DNA from: Octopus vulgaris
Taxonomy: Eukaryota
Reading direction: 5' to 3'
DNA length: 64,000 bases
Assembly (NCBI GenBank): GCA_951406725.2
Contig: OX597825.1
Span: forward strand, 74,400,001 to 74,464,000
A program made the translations under genes and the position numbers. Numbering within the stretch: the stretch's first letter is position 1; each line of letters starts with the position of its first letter. The notes beneath the pieces were generated by a model, which was not told the DNA's origin, did not search any database, and saw nothing but the letters and a program-made list of their open reading frames with translations. Shown one piece after another: positions 57,807 through 64,000 of this stretch.

Positions 57807-57867
57807 AACCATCTGAAGAATGTCTCAAAGATGTGCTGAAATAAGACATGAAACGATCGTAGTGGTT
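57807..57867 (+). ncRNA. Minimal type I hammerhead ribozyme, intact core
   Basis: AACCAU (I) CUGAAGA AUGUCU-18nt-AGACAU (II) GAAA C-GAUC-G UA | GUGGUU (I'); all conserved core nucleotides present; predicted cleavage after A57861. Confidence 0.8.
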
Positions 57868-58249
57868 ATTTATAATTGTTAAATTTCTAAATTTATATAA
57901 ATTATTTTATGTATTGGCATAAGTCTTTCTTTGTTTGATTTGCATAATAGTGGTTTTGTCTCTAATTTTATATAATATATATATATATATATACACCTCC
58001 CCCCGTAAATTTACAAGCATTTCATATTGTAAACACGCTGACCACACGCTATATGCATTCCTCTGCTGAAAACACTTATAATAGCCGCCACAATTCTTGC
58101 AATCTCTTTCTTACTTTCTTGATGCATGTATATTATCTTAGTAGTAGTAGTAGTAGTCATACTTATTTTTATAGTAGTAGTAGTAATTATTTTTACTTTT
58201 ATCTATCATTATATGTGTGTGTGTATACATCCATATATATATATATATA

Positions 58250-58412
58250 TACGACGGGCTTCTATCAGTTTCTGTCTGAAGATCCATTCACAAGTCTTTG
58301 GTCGGCCCCAGGCTATTGTGAAAGACACTTGCCCAAGGTGCCACGCAGTGGGACTGAAACCAGAACCATGCGGTTGGTAAGCAAGCTAATTACCACACAG
58401 CCACTCCTGCGC
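58250..58412 (-). mobile_element. Family A SINE, 5' half
   Basis: Reverse complement of the family A head. Confidence 0.85.
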
Positions 58413-58413
58413 T

Positions 58414-58473
<60 letters not shown>

Positions 58474-58652
58474 TATGTATGTATATGATGAGCATGTGTA
58501 TTTTAAACAAGAAGAATTTTATGTATAAATTTTTGACATAAAATAAGATATATACATGATGCACTAATTTTGTCATATGTCTCTTTAATGGATTTCTGGC
58601 AGGATTCGGTAATATTTGAATGCAATACTCCATTTAATATTCTCTGTTAATA

Positions 58653-58699
<47 letters not shown>

Positions 58700-59101
58700 G
58701 ATATGTGTAGATTGTTGTTATTGTTGGAATTATTGTCATGTTTTGTTTACAGTCGCTCATTCTGCAGGTTTAATCACACAGTTTCCGCTACCACAATTTC
58801 TACTTATTTGTTTCCCAGTAACACAAGAAATATATGAAAAAACTGGTGTCGCCCGCTTCTCATTTGAATGGCACTATATAACGCTCCGAAATAGCAATGT
58901 GTATTCCTATTCCCTGAAAGATGTATGCATATGTGTGTGTATGTATGTGTGTTGTGTGTGTGTATATGCTTAAGTGTGAATATGCTTGTATTTTTGAATG
59001 TTTGCATGTACATATTTATATATGTGTGAGCGAGTGCATGTGTATGTGTGTTTATAATGATATATATTATACGTATACATTTATTTATATATGAATGAAG
59101 G

Positions 59102-59213
<112 letters not shown>

Positions 59214-59235
59214 CAGATAGATAGATAGATAGATA

Positions 59236-59360
59236 TGTTTCTTTATTAGCTACACAGGGCTGCACACAGACGGGACAGATTACAAAGTAGAGCTTTTCTT
59301 TTTTGGGGAGAAAAAAAAGAGTGGGTTAGGTTTTCGATCAAAAGGGATCGTAAAAGGGAA
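59236..59360 (-). mobile_element. Probable LINE 3' end (L1/Tx1-like) with polyA signal, next to a (GATA)n tract
   Basis: Minus strand ...aagctctactttgtaatctgtcccgtctgtgtgcagccctgtgtagctAATAAAgaaac. Confidence 0.45.
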
Positions 59361-59856
59361 AGAAGAAAGAAAAAAGAAAAAGAAAAGAAAAAAAGATAGA
59401 TAGATAGGTAGATAGATGTGAGACGCTTTCAATGCCACAGTCAGTGATGTTTATTCGATGCACCGCCGTGTATCCGTGTAGCCGTGATGCCAAAGGTAAA
59501 ATATACTATTTTGCATTCACCGACCGTTTGCGCCTGTTGTCCGGAAGACCAGTGAATTTAGGTTTTTTTACTCTCAGCTGTTTCACACTTCATAAGAAGT
59601 TGTGAATCCGAGAAGTTGTGAATCCGAGAATGTGTTGAATAGACATGTTAAATCTAAAAATGTGTTGAATAAAATCATAGTAGACCGATCCTTCTGTATT
59701 TTCTTTTACTCAAAGCCAGGAACTTTGCAGCAACCACTCGTACATCCATCCATCCATCCATACATATATATTTATATATATGAGACAAATGCATATATAT
59801 ATATACATACAATTATACAATAGATATGTTCATATAATATATATAATTATATAATT

Positions 59857-59913
<57 letters not shown>

Positions 59914-59915
59914 AA

Positions 59916-60003
59916 GAAAGAATGGAGTTGAACGACGATTTAACAAAATTCCTTTATTCTCGACATATGATTTTGTTAAATCGTCGTTCAACTCCATTCT
60001 TTC
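59916..60003. repeat. Perfect 34-bp inverted repeat with a 20-nt loop
   Basis: gaaagaatggagttgaacgacgatttaacaaaat (59916-59949) and its exact reverse complement (59970-60003). Confidence 0.95.
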
Positions 60004-60161
60004 ACTTATTTGTATTAAAAAAAACACATACACATATTTCCACACGAAAGCACGTGATCTCTGCCATTGGCATGTAGCTTCAACTGTGTTTTTCTGACGT
60101 GAATTTGCTACCCAGGTATCGGTTAACCGAATTATCCATACTAAGATAATTCATTCAACTA

Positions 60162-60219
<58 letters not shown>

Positions 60220-60421
60220 GAGAGAGAGAGAGAGAGAGAGAGACTATAGCTATATGCATAAAATATATGCTATACATCTATGTACACACACATACAAGTG
60301 CCAACACTTGAAACTCTCAGACCTTGAGTCACTCTGTTACTTTTGTTAAATATTAATAAAAATATACACATACTATTTTGAGTTCTATTTCTCCTGTTCC
60401 CATCAATATACCCCTCTACTT

Positions 60422-60509
<88 letters not shown>

Positions 60510-60670
60510 TATCATTCCTTAGGTTAAAAATGTGTGTGTTTCCATAAACAGCAACATTTTTGCCTAGAACATTTTTTGCTCTCAACTCTCTAAATAATTA
60601 CTGCCAAATATATGCATGCAACTAGCATAACTGCAAATAGCTTACATGCTCTTAGTCGCTCTCCCCCCTC

Positions 60671-60708
<38 letters not shown>

Positions 60709-61156
60709 AAATATCTAAATATCTATCTGTCCATCTATGTATCTCTATTTGTCTCTCTATCTCTCTCACAAACAAACTCACACAACACACACACACATTT
60801 TTATCTGTGCATCTGTGTATCCGTATATGTGTCTATGTGTGTCTGTATATGCATTTAAGTTCATGCATATACGTGCCTATACATCACGTATGTGCATATA
60901 CTTCCTTAACAATATAAATAGCTTTGTCGATATGCGTATCTGCTTGTACATATGTATTTGCATAAGCTTTCAAAACATTTTATTTCTAACGTTATTGATA
61001 ATTTGATTAAGAAACGAATCATACTCGCTAACTTCTACTTTCTTACCCGAAATATCCATCAAACGCTTATTGCACTTGATGACATTTCGGTGATGTTAAC
61101 ATTACGTTGTTTCTCTCTTCCTACTTATTTCTGAAAGAACAAAATTGTTTGGCCTG

Positions 61157-61220
<64 letters not shown>

Positions 61221-61777
61221 AAAATATTAAATCTCCTTTTACGTTTTACTTACACTACTTTGTAAAAAAAGTAATAGCTACCTTCGTTCGATACTTATTT
61301 CACATTGCTGTACTTATAGTATCCCTTATAATTGAAATGATATTTACAAAGACAGAACATAATAGTGGATGGCATTCATTCGAACAGAGCAAATTTAGTT
61401 TACTTTAATATATATACATGTATACTTGAATATATATACATGTATACAAACACAGACGCACACGCACATACACACATATATATATCTACATATGTATGTA
61501 TGTGAATACGTATATATATGTATATATATATATATGTATATATCCATATACATATTTATGCATATGTATATATACACATATATATATTGTATGTATGTAT
61601 GTATGTATGTATATATGTATGTATGTATGTATGTATATATGTATGTACGTATGTATGTACATATATACATACATGCATACATACATACATACATACATAC
61701 ATACATACATACATACATACATACATACATACATACATACATACACACTCACACACATATATGTATACATGCATGAA

Positions 61778-62056
61778 AATCCTGGCTGCCCCACATTTTC
61801 CGTCCGTAACTGCCCTGCAGAAATATCTCCACCTCACCCGTTTCCCTTTAGTCGCTGCCTTCTCGTCTCATATCCATGACACCAATCATGCCTTTCACCG
61901 CTTCAATTCCTTCTCCTTCTTCCCCTGGCCCTTCACGCCTCCTTTTCACCATAGATATAAAATCCCTGCACACTGTGATCCCCAACAAGGACGGCCTCTT
62001 AGCTTGTCAATAATTCCTCGACCGTCGCCGCATTCCCACACCCAGCACCTACACCC
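61778..62056 (+). pseudogene. Penelope-like element (probably Neptune-type) reverse transcriptase fragment
   Basis: Across frameshifts: NPGCPTFSVRNCPAEIS / SHIHDTNHAFHRFNSFSF / GPSRLLFTIDIKSLHTVIPNKDGLLA..FLDRRP, matching the PLE RT motifs PGRPIVS..CPTE, YIRDT and F.MDV.SLYT.IP. Confidence 0.85.
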
Positions 62057-62318
62057 TTAGGGTGTTGGACTTTCAATCACCAACATCGTGGTTTCTATTC
62101 CCAAACCGGAAACCGGGTGGTGCGTTGTGCGCATGAGCAAAACACTTCAGCTTCACGTTGCTCTGCCGCCATCTCTTCGACACCTGACGCGTGACACCAT
62201 GCACCCGTTCAGGCAACGTCGATTGGATGGAGGAAGTGACCTGGTGTACAGCACAAACATTCGATCCTTGAAAACAAATCATTTGTCCACGTCGTTCGGC
62301 AAAATCTGAACACGCCAT
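62057..62318 (+). mobile_element. CORE-type SINE with a third tail type, truncating the PLE RT fragment
   Basis: ttagggtgttggact...ggtttctattccc...gcgttgtg..catgagcaaaacactt...ttcacgttgctct. Confidence 0.65.
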
Positions 62319-62359
62319 TATGAACTTTATTTCTACTATCATTACATTGCCTGAAACGC

Positions 62360-62570
62360 GACGAGTTGGCAGACTCGTTAGCACGTCGGGTGAAATACTT
62401 AGCGGCATTTCATCCGTCTTTACGTTCTGAGTTCATAACCCGCCGAGTCCTCTTCGTCTTTTATCATTTCCGTGTCGATGAAATACATACCAGTTGTCTA
62501 CTGAGGTTGATGTAATCGACTAGCCCCACCCCGCGTCCAAAACTTCCGGAATTGTGCCTATAGCAGAAAA
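62360..62570 (+). mobile_element. Degenerate family B SINE with the short old-type tail
   Basis: gagttggcaga.tcgttagcacg...ttacgttctgagttca...gatgtaatcgact. Confidence 0.75.
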
Positions 62571-62600
62571 TATTACATTGTAAAATATACAACTCAAAAA

Positions 62601-63015
62601 TGTGGTGAGCTGGCAGAATCGTTAAAACGCCAGGCAAAATGCTTAGCGGTATTTTGTCTGCCGTTACGTTCAGAGTTCAAATTCCGCCGAGGTCGACTTC
62701 GCCTATCATCCTTTCGGGGTCGTTTAAATAAGTACCAGTTACGCTCTGGGGTCGATATAATCGACTTAATCCGTTTGTCTGTCTTTGTTTGTCCTCTCTG
62801 TGTTTAGCCCCTTGTGGGTAGTAAAGAAATAGGTATTTCGTCTGCCGTTACGTTCAGAGTTCAAATTCCGCCGAGGTCGACTTTGCCTTTCATCCTTTCG
62901 GGGTCGATCAAATAAGTACCAGTTACGCTCTGGGGTCGATATAATCGACTTAATCCGTTTGTCTGTCCTTGTTTGTGCTCTCTGTGTTTAGCCCCTTGTG
63001 TCTAGTAAAGAAATT
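62601..63015 (+). mobile_element. Young family B SINE with a head-to-tail duplication of a 184-bp body
   Basis: Units 62648-62831 and 62832-63015 are nearly identical; the second lacks the 5' A-box region. Confidence 0.9.
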
Positions 63016-64000
63016 GGTATTCCGGCCGCCTTAGCAGTATTTAGTCGACTAAGCATTCTATCCGTTCAGGCTCGATAAAATAAATATCAGCTTATCTACA
63101 CATGGGTATGAGTATAAATATCTGCATCCTTCTGCCAAGCCACGTCGAGCCAATGTGGTAGATTAGGCTCATGAAACCAGTATGATCTCAAAGCAGCATT
63201 TTAGCGGAGAGAACATGCCGAGGTTTTCGTTTTATAGTGGACTATACATAGACAATGCAATTCAAAATTTTAAAATGTATTCTTTCAATGCAGCCCGGTA
63301 CCAAATGGTAAGGGACCCCTGCTTTAAACAGTTACTAATAGATCCATTTTATACGCCATGAAAATTTCTTTTAAGAGCAGCTCATTAATAGAATGGGTTA
63401 AAATCAATCTTTTTATCTCAGTGAATTAACTCAAAGTTTTCTTGTTTCAGTATCATCAAGGTTAGGATTGTCAGCTAACATATTCCGCGTTCGTTGTTCG
63501 ACAGTTTTTCTTATTATTCATATAGTTAGTATAACGAATCAAGTAATACTGAGTTCCTCGGGGCATACAGAGTTTCTTGGGTACTTTAACTGATTCATTA
63601 GATTTCCTTTATTGCAATGTTGTTGTTGTTGGTATGAATGTGTCGTTAATGAGTTCTTGCTCAGCCCTCCAGCAACAAATGAGTGCGTTTCTCTCTAATG
63701 GTATAAATGATTGCACGAAGATTGCCATCACTTATTTTTGTTTTGTTGGGTACCTTTTTCCAAGAGATAAGAACGGTCTGTAGCATGTGAGTATAAGCGC
63801 TATGAAGCTTTGTCTTCAGATGTCTTGTAACTCTCTCAAACAATAAGGTGTGCATGCGTATATGTATGGATATATCTAAATATACATGTATCATAGTCCA
63901 GCGAAACAATATAGTGATCAACCTTTTGAAGACTCGAATTGTTTCGCTGGTGATCTACCAAACACTATGTGAGATTGTGACCAGTGGCCTCATCGAGTCA

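Overview
AT-rich, repeat-dominated eukaryotic DNA with no recognisable intact protein-coding gene. The repeat make-up (tRNA-derived SINEs with CORE-like and Meta-like domains, long (TA)n/(GATA)n/(TATG)n and compound trinucleotide tracts) looks like an intron or intergenic region of an octopus/cephalopod genome; the organism is an inference. Almost all ORFs in the track are microsatellite translations. Real coding remnants are all transposon-derived: an RTE-like LINE C-terminus (15365-15614), a Hero-type restriction-like-endonuclease remnant (about 23550-24040), a mariner/rosa-type fragment and a Tc1 (DD34E) pseudogene (51991-53681), and a Penelope-like element (PLE) reverse transcriptase fragment (61778-62056). 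The most notable signal is a set of minimal type I hammerhead ribozyme motifs in short elements next to (TA)n tracts. Two have complete catalytic cores (57807-57867 +, 44550-44643 -) and about six are degenerate. Some lie in fold-back structures, one of which breaks exactly at the ribozyme stem-III palindrome. Other points: modular SINE head/tail swapping, nested insertions with target-site duplications (TSDs), a SINE tail resembling a LINE 3' end, a non-autonomous Helitron and two weak promoter-like motif clusters. Coordinates were counted by eye; repeat boundaries are approximate.
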